The notes under the pieces are model-generated. The model did no database searches. It was not told the DNA's origin and saw only the letters and a program-made list of their open reading frames with translations. A DNA stretch of 63,852 bases, filler included, from Octopus bimaculoides (Eukaryota): the NCBI RefSeq assembly GCF_001194135.2. It is 6 parts of 6 records of this genome, joined end to end, with 100 filler letters (N's around TTAATTAATTAA, not from the genome) between each part and the next. Parts side by side here need not be neighbours in the genome. Positions count along the whole stretch, not along the records: positions 1 to 21,305 come from NC_068988.1; 5 more parts are not named here. One strand, given 5' to 3'. The first letter of the stretch is position 1; each line of letters opens with the position of its first letter. Shown in pieces: positions 1-12,900 of the stretch. The translations under genes and the position numbers were made by a program.

Positions 1-1213
1 ATATATGTAAGTTTGAAAAGGAACACGCAAGTTGATATATATGGAAAAAAAAGTCAGGGTAAAAAATGCTAAAATAATTTTTTAAAAAACATTTTAGTAC
101 CGGTTTCCGCAATTGAGACTTTTTCAACTGTAATTATGGAAAACAATTAAATTTTGGAAAAGATAAAAGAAAAGTTTTTTAAAAGAATATGTGCATAGTG
201 TTCAAATACAAGTGACATTTTCCTTGTTTCTGCTAGTTTCGTTCTCTCTTGTTTACTCTTGTGCGTTCGATGTCTACCTTGACTTTTTTCCATATATGTA
301 TATATCTCATGATATAGATATTCATATATATGCATACACACATATATGCAATCATACATACATACATGCATACATACATACACATATACATACATAAAGC
401 ATATATACACATACACTCACAAGACGTGTATAGGTTTGGAATGACTCACATTTCTCTGTATACGTAAGCACAAACAACCGTTCATTCACCTGCACGTATG
501 TACATCGAGATTACTATAAATATGTTGCCAATGCATATTAACCATCGATCAAATCACCTATAACTTTCTACATGCACATTATAACAACAAGAAGGAAAAA
601 AAACACAACTCTAACAACAATATCCAGAATACTTCAGCAGAAATTGATATTTATACGAAGATATGAAGTAAAGATCCAATACTGTTATGATACATTTTAA
701 AATAAATTATGAAAAAATTCCCTGAATTTATAGTATATCAGTTCGAAAAATTATAATGTATCCTGTAATTAATTTTTATGATAAACAAATAATCCGAAAT
801 TTATAATACGTAAGAAATAAATTAACCAAATCATGGAGAATCAGCAATATGTTGCTTAGCATATTTTTGGAGAAAAGTAAAGGCAGGCGAACATTAATTT
901 ACAGACATTAATTGGTACGGCATACTACTATCCACTGCTGCACGTAATTATGTGTGTGTGTTTGTGTGTGTATGTGTGTTTTTGTGAATGTGTGTGAGTG
1001 TGCAGGTGTGTATTTATGTATGCATGTATAAAATATATACATGGATACATATAACTTATGTTATTATAATGTATATGCGCTATATCATATATGTATATGT
1101 ATATTATAATAAATGAATATATATGAATATATATATATACATATACATCGTATATTTTATGTCTATCTATACTACATACATGCATAAAAAAAGATTAATA
1201 TATAAGGTAAATA

Positions 1214-1252
<39 letters not shown>

Positions 1253-1835
1253 NNNNNNNNNNNNNNNNNNNNNNNNNNNNNNNNNNNNNNNNNNNNNNNN
1301 NNNNNNNNNNNNNNNNNNNNNNNNNNNNNNNNNNNNNNNNNNNNNNNNNNNNNNNNNNNNNNNNNNNNNNNNNNNNNNNNNNNNNNNNNNNNATATGTTA
1401 TGATGGGTATATAATATAGTTTCTGATACAACCACTTTCATTTCTAACTACTGTACAGGTATTTCAGAAAAGTTTTGAAAAGCAATGGGTATTAATATTT
1501 TAATAGACTTGCACACAAGCATTAATAGCAATGTCAATATGTCTCTCTCTCCCTCCTTCCCACCTCTCTCTCTCTCTCTCTCTCTTTACATATACACCTC
1601 GCACACACACACACATTTATATAGATATATATATGCATAGATATATGTATTTTCTCTGTGTATATGCATACGTAGGAGAGGACGGATGGCTGCTTGGATG
1701 GATGGATAGAAGGATGAAAAAGAATGTATTTCTCCAAACCAGATTGAATTGTACCCATTCAAATCACACATATATTATGGTAAGGTTTTATTTTAACAGA
1801 AGTTATTACTATGCAGCGTGCTCTCAGGAAATATA

Positions 1836-2232
1836 GCCATCGGGCAGAATTGTTATGTGGCCGGGAAAAATGTTTTGCAGCATTTCTCCTGGTTTGGTTC
1901 TGAGTTCAAATGGGTGAAGCCGACCGCGAATGCAGATCTCTGTGGTAGTAGCAAACATTCAACTCTCTTTGAGAAACGATCAAATAAGAACCAGTGAATG
2001 ACTAGAATCGCTGTAAATGACTAATCTCTTCCAGACCAAAAGTTTCGGGACTTATGCCTATTGTGGAAGGGATTATTATTATTGTTGTTGTTGTTGTTGT
2101 TGTTGGCAGAAGCGTTTGCACGCCGGGTGACATGCTTAGCGGTATTTCGTCTGTCTTTACGTTCTAAGTTGAAATTCCGCCGAGGTCGACTTTGTCTTTC
2201 ATCCTTTCGGGGTCGATAAATTAAGTACCAGT
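1836..2232 (+). mobile_element. Two tandem SINE B copies
   Basis: Diverged copy ending in agggattattatt, then a second copy with gaggtcgactttgtctttcatcctttcggggtcgataaattaagtaccag. Confidence 0.65.
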
Positions 2233-2240
2233 TGTGTTTT

Positions 2241-2885
2241 ATTGAACCGCTAAGTTACGCGGACGTAAACACACCAACGTCGGTTTTCAAGCGACGGTGG
2301 GGGTACAACACAGACAAGCACACTCACACACACATATATATATACGACGGGCTTCTTCCAGTTTCCGATAATCAAAACCATTCACAAGTCTTTCGTCCCC
2401 AGCGTGGTTATACTTTTGGTTGGCCCGAGGCTATAATAGAAGTCACTTACACACGGTGCCATGCAGTGGGACTGAACCCGGAACCATGTGGTTGAGAAAT
2501 CACTTCTCTGTCAGTCATAAGACTGCAGTCATGTTGGGGCACCGCCTTGAATTTTTAGTCGAATGAATTGACTCTAGGACTTCTTTATTAAGCCGGTATT
2601 TTTTCTAACGTTGCCATTTGATGAACCGCTAGTTTACGGGGATAAAAACGCAGCAACACCGGTTGTCAAGCAGTGACTGGGGATCAAAACCAGATACAAA
2701 GACACACACACACATAGGTGTATATACGTGTATATACGACGGGTTTCTTTCAATTTCCTTCTACCAAATCCACTCACAAGGCTTTCGTCAGCCCGAGGCT
2801 ATAGTAGAAAACACTCGCCCAGTGTGTCATGCAATGGGACAGAACACTGAACCATGTGGTTGGGAAGTAAACTTCTTACAACATA
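2241..2885 (-). mobile_element. Two adjacent SINE A copies (about 2241-2500 and 2503-2885)
   Basis: Homology to 39847-40256. Confidence 0.75.
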
Positions 2886-2960
2886 ATAAATAAAAAGCAG
2901 GTCTATTAAATGTAAAGAATACCGGTCGCATATACATAGTATTTTGTGTTTTATTTAAAC

Positions 2961-3269
2961 ACCCACATGCTGCGGGATTGCGTCCAAGATGAGTTACCCC
3001 ATATGATACAGGTTGTGAAAAAACACCGAAAAACATCCAAGACCAGGGGAGACAACTCGACCCGAAGTATTCACAATGGCAAATGCAACGATTTCGCTAT
3101 TGTTGTGCACATGGGATTGATAAACCCGAATAAATATTGAAATATTGATATCTCCCATTCGCCATCGGTTCAGGTCGTGCTGTTTCGTGAGGTATGGTAG
3201 ATTAGCTTTTGTTTAATTTCGGTATCGTGTAGGGAGCTTTTCTTGGACGCTGTCCCGCAGCAAATGGGT
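2961..3269. mobile_element. MITE-like element
   Basis: 29-bp terminal inverted repeats at 2961-2989 and 3241-3269 (25/29 identical), non-coding interior. Confidence 0.65.
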
Positions 3270-4776
3270 TTTTGAACAAAATACATACAAAACACACCTG
3301 CGACCGATTACCTATTTATCTATCTATCTATCTATCGTTCAATCTATCTTTCAATCTCCCTCTCTCCCTCTCTCTTGATATATGTATATATATATANNNN
3401 NNNNNNNNNNNNNNNNNNNNNNNNNNNNNNNNNNNNNNNNNNNNNNNNNNNNNNNNNNNNNNNNNNNNNNNNNNNNNNNNNNNNNNNNNNNNNNNNNNNN
3501 NNNNNNNNNNNNNNNNNNNNNNNNNNNNNNNNNNNNNNNNNNNNNNNNNNNNNNNNNNNNNNNNNNNNNNNNNNNNNNNNNNNNNNNNNNNNNNNNNNNN
3601 NNNNNNNNNNNNNNNNNNNNNNNNNNNNNNNNNNNNNNNNNNNNNNNNNNNNNNNNNNNNNNNNNNNNNNNNNNNNNNNNNNNNNNNNNNNNNNNNNNNN
3701 NNNNNNNNNNNNNNNNNNNNNNNNNNNNNNNNNNNNNNNNNNNNNNNNNNNNNNNNNNNNNNNNNNNNNNNNNNNNNNNNNNNNNNNNNNNNNNNNNNNN
3801 NNNNNNNNNNNNNNNNNNNNNNNNNNNNNNNNNNNNNNNNNNNNNNNNNNNNNNNNNNNNNNNNNNNNNNNNNNNNNNNNNNNNNNNNNNNNNNNNNNNN
3901 NNNNNNNNNNNNNNNNNNNNNNNNNNNNNNNNNNNNNNNNNNNNNNNNNNNNNNNNNNNNNNNNTATATATATGTATATATATATTATTATTAATGCTTA
4001 CTCAAATCAGTTGGGATACAGCCATGATGTAATATAATAGTTTAATACATGAAATCACCGACGGCAATTCTCAGTGTATATATAACATAATATGCATACA
4101 AGCAATTTAAATTAAAATGATTATTGACTTTTCTCTAAGGAAATTTAAAATCCTTGAGAGGAACACGATGCCTTTAGTAATATTTTTGTATTAACAATGT
4201 AGCAATCCGGTTCCAAATGAAAAGTGAAAAATACTAAATTTTCTTGTATAGAAAATAATTTGTTAATTACAGATTCTGACAGATTCTATTTATATATAAT
4301 AATAAATGTCAATGGACATTAGAATATTTAAGTAGTAATAATCTCTAGAAAGAATATTTAATTTTACAGCTTGGAACAGCATTGTGAATATTTTCGTTTT
4401 TGTGAAGTAATATAACAGGATTTAAGAACAGTTGATATTGTTTTCTTTACCGTGTGTTTTTATTGAACATTTAGATAATTATGTATTTATTCATTTAATT
4501 ATTTCGTTATAAGACAGCTATTTACATTCTTTTTGATATTTATTTCTTTTAGTCATATCAATATAATCAACATAAATATTTGAATGCATACATACATATA
4601 TGTATATACGTATTTCTGTATACATATATTGACATATAGGTAGATAGAGACAGACTCACAAATAGACAGATGCTTTGTTAAATATATAGAGATAGTGTAT
4701 GGATAAATAGATTGAAAATAGATTGATAAATAGATGTATAGATAGACAAATAGGCAGAGGGAGTGAGCGAGATTAG

Positions 4777-4843
<67 letters not shown>

Positions 4844-5822
4844 ATAGGTAGGTAGGTAGGTAGATAGATAGATAGATAGATACATACATACATACATACA
4901 TACATACATACATACATANNNNNNNNNNNNNNNNNNNNNNNNNNNNNNNNNNNNNNNNNNNNNNNNNNNNNNNNNNNNNNNNNNNNNNNNNNNNNNNNNN
5001 NNNNNNNNNNNNNNNNNNNNNNNNNNNNNNNNNNNNNNNNNNNNNNNNNNNNNNNNNNNNNNNNNNNNNNNNNNNNNNNNNNNNNNNNNNNNNNNNNNNN
5101 NNNNNNNNNNNNNNNNNNNNNNNNNNNNNNNNNNNNNNNNNNNNNNNNNNNNNNNNNNNNNNNNNNNNNNNNNNNNNNNNNNNNNNNNNNNNNNNNNNNN
5201 NNNNNNNNNNNNNNNNNNNNNNNNNNNNNNNNNNNNNNNNNNNNNNNNNNNNNNNNNNNNNNNNNNNNNNNNNNNNNNNNNNNNNNNNNNNNNNNNNNNN
5301 NNNNNNNNNNNNNNNNNNNNNNNNNNNNNNNNNNNNNNNNNNNNNNNNNNNNNNNNNNNNNNNNNNNNNNNNNNNNNNNNNNNNNNNNNNNNNNNNNNNN
5401 NNNNNNNNNNNNNNNNNNNNNNNNNNNNNNNNNNNNNNNNNNNNNNNNNNNNNNNNNNNNNNNNNNNNNNNNNNNNNNNNNNNNNNNNNNNNNNNNNNNN
5501 NNNNNNNNNNNNNNNNNNNNNNNNNNNNNNNNNNNNNNNNNNNNNNNNNNNNNNNNNNNNNNNNNNNNNNNNNNNNNNNNNNNNNNNNNNNNNNNNNNNN
5601 NNNNNNNNNNNNNNNNNNNNNNNNNNNNNNNNNNNNNNGATTTTCAAAATTCATTTCCTGTCGCGATGCAGAACTGCTGATTTCAGTGTCGTTCTATCTA
5701 ATATGACAACTGAAATTCATGAAACTCTGTCACATGTAAGTATGACAGAAACTTCATGATGACGCCAAATGATTTTTCACATTTACTTTTCTTTATGTTG
5801 ATATATGGAAATCTTCTTAGCC

Positions 5823-6092
5823 CCTTGTGGAGCATAGGGCCAGTTTCCCGGTTTCCATGGCGTATGTGTTCCCCCTAGCTGGACGGGACGCCAGTCCATC
5901 ACAGCTTTTTACTCAAGAAACAGGAAGAAAGAGTGAGAGAAAGTTGGGGCGAAACTGTACAACAGAGGTCGCCACCACCCCCTGTCGGAGCCTCGTAGAG
6001 CTTTAGGTGATTTCGCTCAATAAACACACACAACGTCCGGTCCTCTGACCGCGAATCCACTGCCCTAACCACTGGGCCATTGCGCCTCCACA
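5823..6092 (-). mobile_element. SINE C head with an alternative 3' half
   Basis: Matches 33298-33487, then continues tgagtaaaaagctgtgatggactggcgtcccgtccagc instead of gttgtgcctgtaattc. Confidence 0.8.
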
Positions 6093-7542
6093 TGTTAATA
6101 TATTTACACAGACATTTATATATAGACACATACACACGTACAAACAGAGACACACACACACTCCACACATGGAAAAATGTAGACATAGTATGGCAATTAA
6201 TTTAGAAATTCCCAATCAGGCCTTTTCACTTCGTTTGTGTAGCGTCTAGTGCAAACGTCCTTGTGTTTTAGAATCGACTCACCCTGAGATTGAACTTATA
6301 TCGTATATACGTTTGTGTGTGTATATGTGTGTGTGTATATGTGTGTATGTATGTGTGTGTGTGTGTTTGTGTTTACGGAAATCTCATTTAGATCGGTCAT
6401 TATATGGTGATTATGAATGAAAAGAGTGTATAGCACTGAAACGATATAATGATGAGAATTGATATACCATTGATATGTTATACACGTTATAAATAGTTAT
6501 GTTGCTTACAGATATCTTGTAGTTATCTCAGCTTGGTGAAATATTTATATAACTCACTGACTCATGTTAAATCAGAGTCATATGCTCCCATGTATATATA
6601 AACATTTACTGAATTTATATATTAATAATTTACAATCTTGATTACCACTGTGAAGCCAGGTCGCCTATTACTTAGGATGTCTAGCGGTTTGCTGATACAA
6701 AATGGGTTTGATCCGAGGGCGTTGTGTTGGCTCATGTCTTGGTGCAACCGATTTGTGGTAAACTAACAAAGGAGCCTTTATCACCCCGATAGACTTGTTA
6801 GTTGTAGCAATTAAATTCTTTCAAACCAGACCGAAGAGATTTAAACATACTGTCATTGCGTAGTACAATTACATTTCAAGTTCAAATATAGCCGAAATCA
6901 ATTTTGTCTTCCATGCTTTGGGGGTTGAAATAAAATATTCAATTTGCTTTCTCTCTGTCCTCCAAATTAGAAATAAGATCGATCCTGCAGCTCCCGCTGT
7001 TAAACATAGAGCGTTGTGATAGCCGAAATATCTATCATTGGTCATGAGTGCAAATGCTCTCTCAAAGATCTCTGGGACAAAAAATATATAAAGAATAACA
7101 ATATAAACAACACGACTTGTAAACCAGACATCGTGTACTTCTTTGGGGAACAAATATTTCATCCTTTATCTCTAACATCTATAAATTTGTATATCTGCGC
7201 ATATGAAGAATTATCGCCCCTTAGCATATACTTCACAAAACAGGACCCAGAAACAATAAACCATTTTGGAGCCAAAGAACGAATAACTGCTTGGTCACTA
7301 AAGCTGTACTTACATAAACGGTAAAATTTCTTTAGTTACGCGTGAGTGGAATTTTATTTATTTTCTATTTCTTTTATGAAAATATAATGTAATATTGAAA
7401 TGTATAGATGCCGGAATAGAAAGAAAGCAACATGGATATGAACAGTGATCTTCCCCAAAAGTTCAACACAACCAGTTGGAACTTGGAGTTATAAAACAGC
7501 AGCAAGGTCATATACAGGTGGTAATACAATCAAAACGGGGGA

Positions 7543-7617
<75 letters not shown>

Positions 7618-7618
<1 letters not shown>

Positions 7619-8329
7619 CTGTAGAATATGTGGAGATCGACAAGAAACAATAAATCATATTATCTCTGGCTGCCCAGTCCTGGCTAAGAAGGAATATATT
7701 CACAGACACGACAGAGCTGGGACCTATATACACTGGAAGCTATGCCAACATTATGGAATAGCAACAGAAAAAAGATGGTATAAACACACGCCAGAAAAGG
7801 TCACAGAAAACGAGAAAGCAACCATACTCTGGGATATGGCAATACACACAGATAGAGAAATTAAGGCAAATAGACCAGATATAGTTGTCAAAGATCATGA
7901 AGGAAAAAAATGCCTTCTAATTNNNNNNNNNNNNNNNNNNNNNNNNNNNNNNNNNNNNNNNNNNNNNNNNNNNNNNNNNNNNNNNNNNNNNNNNNNNNNN
8001 NNNNNNNNNNNNNNNNNNNNNNNNNNNNNNNNNNNNNNNNNNNNNNNNNNNNNNNNNNNTGTGGAATCTAAAAACAGAAACAATTCCTATCATAGTAGGT
8101 GCCTTAGGTATAATAAAAAAATATTCAGACAAATACATAACAAAAACACCAGGACTTACAAATATATATAACATACAGAAAATTGCACTACTGGGTACTG
8201 CACACATTCTACGCAAAACACTTTCAATACAGTAAACATAAGAGCACCACAGCAAACCACAGCACATACCCAAGGCGCACAGAGCTGCGCTCGGTAGTGA
8301 AGTGAAAGTACGTTATAAAAATAAAACTA

Positions 8330-8332
<3 letters not shown>
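7618..8332 (+). mobile_element. 5'-truncated R4/Dong-like REL non-LTR retrotransposon
   Basis: CCHC knuckle CRICGDRQETINHIISGC, LWD...NRPDIVV nuclease motif, then WNLKTETIPIIVGALG...LRKTLSIQ stop at 8235; 3' UTR followed by (AAT)n; flanked both sides by (TAA)n. Confidence 0.9.
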
Positions 8333-8367
<35 letters not shown>

Positions 8368-8400
8368 CACCACTCTTGCACTGCTACCAACATTACCACC

Positions 8401-8430
<30 letters not shown>

Positions 8431-8458
<28 letters not shown>

Positions 8459-8484
8459 GTAGTAGTAGTAGTAGTAGTAGTAGT
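8431..8484. repeat. Perfect 54-bp palindrome (ACT)n(AGT)n
   Basis: 27-bp arms centred on CTAG at 8456-8459, no loop. Confidence 0.9.
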
Positions 8485-8593
8485 TGTGGTAGTTTCTCTA
8501 CTTTAAAATGTCTTCGTTTTCCAAAAAGAAAATTTCTTTTCTGAAAACCAAGCCAAAGATTTCAAAACCACACACTGATTCGACACCGTTTCA

Positions 8594-8627
<34 letters not shown>

Positions 8628-9241
8628 ATCACACACACACACACACACACAAACACACACGCATACACAAACACACACACACACACGCACACACACATAC
8701 ATACACGCGAGCACACTGAGTTTATTGAATAACCGCACACAAAATCAAGTTCAAATGCAACCAGCCAGACAGACGTATACTGTAAAATGTGTCTATACAT
8801 GCATGCATACTTGCACAATTAACCACACATATTATAATATACATCTCTTGCATATGTATAAACACATACACCTACATAAATACATGTGTGTGTATATGAC
8901 CGCACGTACGTATGTATCTATGTATGCATGCGTACATATATAAAAGCATATCTATCTATCTGCATTATTTGTATATGCATATATATAAATATATATGCAT
9001 ATATATATATATGTGTGTGGGGGGGGTGAGTGTGTGTGTGTGTGTGTGTGCGTATACATATATACATATTTGCGTATATGTGTATGTACTGCAGAAATGT
9101 AGTTTGTATTAATGTAGTAATGTAGAAGACCATGCACAGTTATAAATAAATGTTTACACAGATGGAAAGAGGAGATGGAAAAAAAAAAGGACACACAAGT
9201 TGCTGCTGTGAAGAGCTTATCTCAAGCTTTACACACCACGT

Positions 9242-9432
9242 CTTCAAATAAGCGTATTGAAGGCCTGCGTAAACTAATATATTGCCCATTCGGCTATAAG
9301 AGGATTAACAGACTAATAATAGGTACGGATCGTGATAGGGCATAATGTTAACGTTGAACCCTAAAGTAACAAGCATCAGGAATTAAAAAGAAAAGACCAG
9401 ATCAAGGAAATGATATACATATATATACATAC

Positions 9433-9470
<38 letters not shown>

Positions 9471-9952
9471 NNNNNNNNNNNNNNNNNNNNNNNNNNNNNN
9501 NNNNNNNNNNNNNNNNNNNNNNNNNNNNNNNNNNNNNNNNNNNNNNNNNNNNNNNNNNNNNNNNNNNNNNNNNNNNNNNNNNNNNNNNNNNNNNNNNNNN
9601 NNNNNNNNNNNNNNNNNNNNNNNNNNNNNNNNNNNNNNNNNNNNNNNNNNNNNNNNNNNNNNNNNNNNNNNNNNNNNNNNNNNNNNNNNNNNNNNNNNNN
9701 NNNNNNNNNNNNNNNNNNNNNNNNNNNNNNNNNNNNNNNNNNNNNNNNNNNNNNNNNNNNNNCTTCAAATAAGCGTATTGAAGGCCTGCGTAAACTAATA
9801 TATTGCCCATTCGGCTATAAGAGGATTAACAGACTAATAATAGGTACGGATCGTGATAGGGCATAATGTTAACGTTGAACCCTAAAGTAACAAGCATCAG
9901 GAATTAAAAAGAAAAGACCAGATCAAGGAAATGATATACATATATATACATA
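9242..9952 (+). other. 190-bp exact duplication flanking a gap (probable assembly artefact)
   Basis: 9242-9431 is identical to 9763-9952, with a (TA)n run and N gap between. Confidence 0.8.
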
Positions 9953-12900
9953 TATATGCAGACTCATACATACGTACAGAAATACATGCATTCATGCATA
10001 CATATATAAGGAACCTTGTTTTTTCTTTTTAATTGGTTGCCGTGAAACCGTACGCCACTAGTCTACTTATAGATTGAATATAGCTCAAATAGAAGGAACA
10101 GCGCTATTTGTAATTCTAAAAGAATGCTTGAGACAACAACAACAAAAACTACTACTACTACTATTATCATTACAACTATTACTACAAAAGCAAGAGCAGC
10201 AGAAGTAGTAATATCAGGAGCAGCAGAGTTAATACGAAAAGGCAAACAAGTTGGTGTGAAACTTTCTATAAAAAAAGAAAAATACTTAGAAAAACAAAAC
10301 ATAAACGCAAGTAAAAATCTCAGAATTTTACAATAGCTTCACACTCTCACCTTCTGCAACTCCTTAAATGTTATTGTAGTTTGCCTACAGGATCTAAATA
10401 CATCTAACAAAATATCAGGCAATTTTTCTTTTCTTTTCTTTTCTTCACTTGTACCTCTTTTTTTGTGTGTGGTTGTTTTCTTTTTTCTTGTTTGCTCTTT
10501 CTTTTTTTTTTCCTATTGAATGCAATATCGTACGGAATTGCATCGTATTCAAAGAAAACCGAACAACTTAAAGTGCGCGTTGTACATTTGTGTATATGTG
10601 TATACATTCATATATATATATATATATANNNNNNNNNNNNNNNNNNNNNNNNNNNNNNNNNNNNNNNNNNNNNNNNNNNNNNNNNNNNNNNNNNNNNNNN
10701 NNNNNNNNNNNNNNNNNNNNNNNNNNNNNNNNNNNNNNNNNNNNNNNNNNNNNNNNNNNNNNNNNNNNNNNNNNNNNNNNNNNNNNNNNNNNNNNNNNNN
10801 NNNNNNNNNNNNNNNNNNNNNNNNNNNNNNNNNNNNNNNNNNNNNNNNNNNNNNNNNNNNNNNNNNNNNNNNNNNNNNNNNNNNNNNNNNNNNNNNNNNN
10901 NNNNNNNNNNNNNNNNNNNNNNNNNNNNNNNNNNNNNNNNNNNNNNNNNNNNNNNNNNNNNNNNNNNNNNNNNNNNNNNNNNNNNNNNNNNNNNNNNNNN
11001 NNNNNNNNNNNNNNNNNNNNNNNNNNNNATATATATATATATATATATACATATATATGTATATATATATATATATCTATATACATATATATACACATAT
11101 GTATATACATTAATATATATACATTACCGACACACACATATACATGCATATATTTTAGTACTACAATGTATATATTTTATTGTATTTCATGGACTATTTG
11201 TTTAAAATAACAGTTCATTGATCTGCCTTCATAGCTACATATTTGATTCTTTTGAATGTTTTTATATCTGAGTTCTGAAATGTGTTGATTTGTCTCGGAA
11301 TAACAAAGTAACACTCACACACATATAGACACGTATGTATAACATACACATATATATGTATTTCTCTGTGTGTGCATTTATACACACACACACACACACA
11401 CACAGACACATACACATTGATGTTATGTGTGAGCAGGTGTGTGAGAGTGTGTTTGTGAATGCGAATGAGTGAGAGCAATAACGTGTATGTGTGTGCTTTC
11501 ATCTCTTCTCCAAAAACAATTTATTCGGAAGAGCAAAAAGGCACGAAAATGAAACTTATACAACTGACCAACTGGAGTTCCTTCCTCTCATGCGAAATCT
11601 CAAACTGTTCATTTTCGACCCAGAACATGAACACTAATTAAATGTGGGATATATAAGTAGTATCCCCCAATAGAATAGCTCGCGTGTGCGCGCTCAGTGT
11701 TCCTTCATAACATATGAGCTGCACGCTTAAATATCACATTGTACTGTGTCTTCATTTAACTGTATCTCAGCATTTGTCGATGTGGTATACATTCATGATT
11801 TTGGCTTCTCTGGGAACCAAATAAAGTGAAGAAAGTCGGACTTATCAAATGACTACATAATCCATTCTTCCTTTACAACACTCTGTAAATTAGTTTTTCT
11901 TAACTCATAAATACGTAATGTGATACAGACAGACTGGAAATTTCTTCTGCAGAAATATTGCACTACCAACGCTTGCATATGTGTACATTACGATTTGTTG
12001 CTAAGTCACACGTCTTAAAACTACTTAAGCAATATTTTTTTTCTATTTTATTTTAGTTTACATTATGTATTTTTAATTCATCTGCTTTGTAACGTATCTA
12101 TGCTAGATATTGTTTCTACTTTTTAGATCTAGCTCAACTTGAATCTGTAGCACTATGATAAAACGTGTTCCCCTCTTGATATTGCATTTCTGTAGTTATA
12201 TCTGTTGTTGCAGCATCTATTAATGTTAAGGAATTTTGTCCTGTTACTGGAGGAATTTTGTCCTATTGCTGGAGGAATATTTCCTAAGAATGTCTAACAG
12301 CTAGGCCAACAACAGCGTAGTCCCTGTGAATTTCTTGATTACAACAGTAAAACTCTGGGACGCCATGAAGTCGTGTAGTGCTAGGCATTGGGTGGAAACA
12401 ACATGGGTGACTTACAGAAAGCGGCGTAAAGCAAGGAATCTGATTCAGCTTTCCTGATTCGAAGAGAAGTTCTATTGTAATTTATTCACCTTATGTGATG
12501 CACAGCTTCCATTTCGTTGCATAAGAATATATGATTTAATTTCATACATCAATGGTTCTCTGTTTTTGGAACATTCTTTGAAGCTACTGCTCCTATGGGG
12601 AAGAATCTGAAGTTCGTAGAGGTCAAAAACTGATGGGAGCTCGGGTATCTCGAGGACCCGAATTTTCAACTGCTGTTTTGACTATGTCTAAAACATTGAC
12701 TTGATTATGAAAATCATAAGCGAGCATTACACTTTGTAAAGATTACCATTTTAACCAGCATTCTACATTCTACCTATTTTTCACACGCAACAGTCATTTA
12801 ACAACACATCAATTATATAGTGTCAACTGCTAGAATCTGGATAGTTACTATTCTGCAGTAATTATCTCCTTCAGCTGTGGATTAAATCAAAATATTGCCA

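Noticed and set aside
7476-7617. Poly-Leu/Ile N-terminus of ORF 7476-8171 resembling a transmembrane segment
   Set aside because: It is the (CTA)n(TAA)n tract upstream of the truncated retrotransposon.
12472-12669. 65-aa non-repetitive minus-strand ORF
   Set aside because: No recognisable domain and a weak acceptor context.
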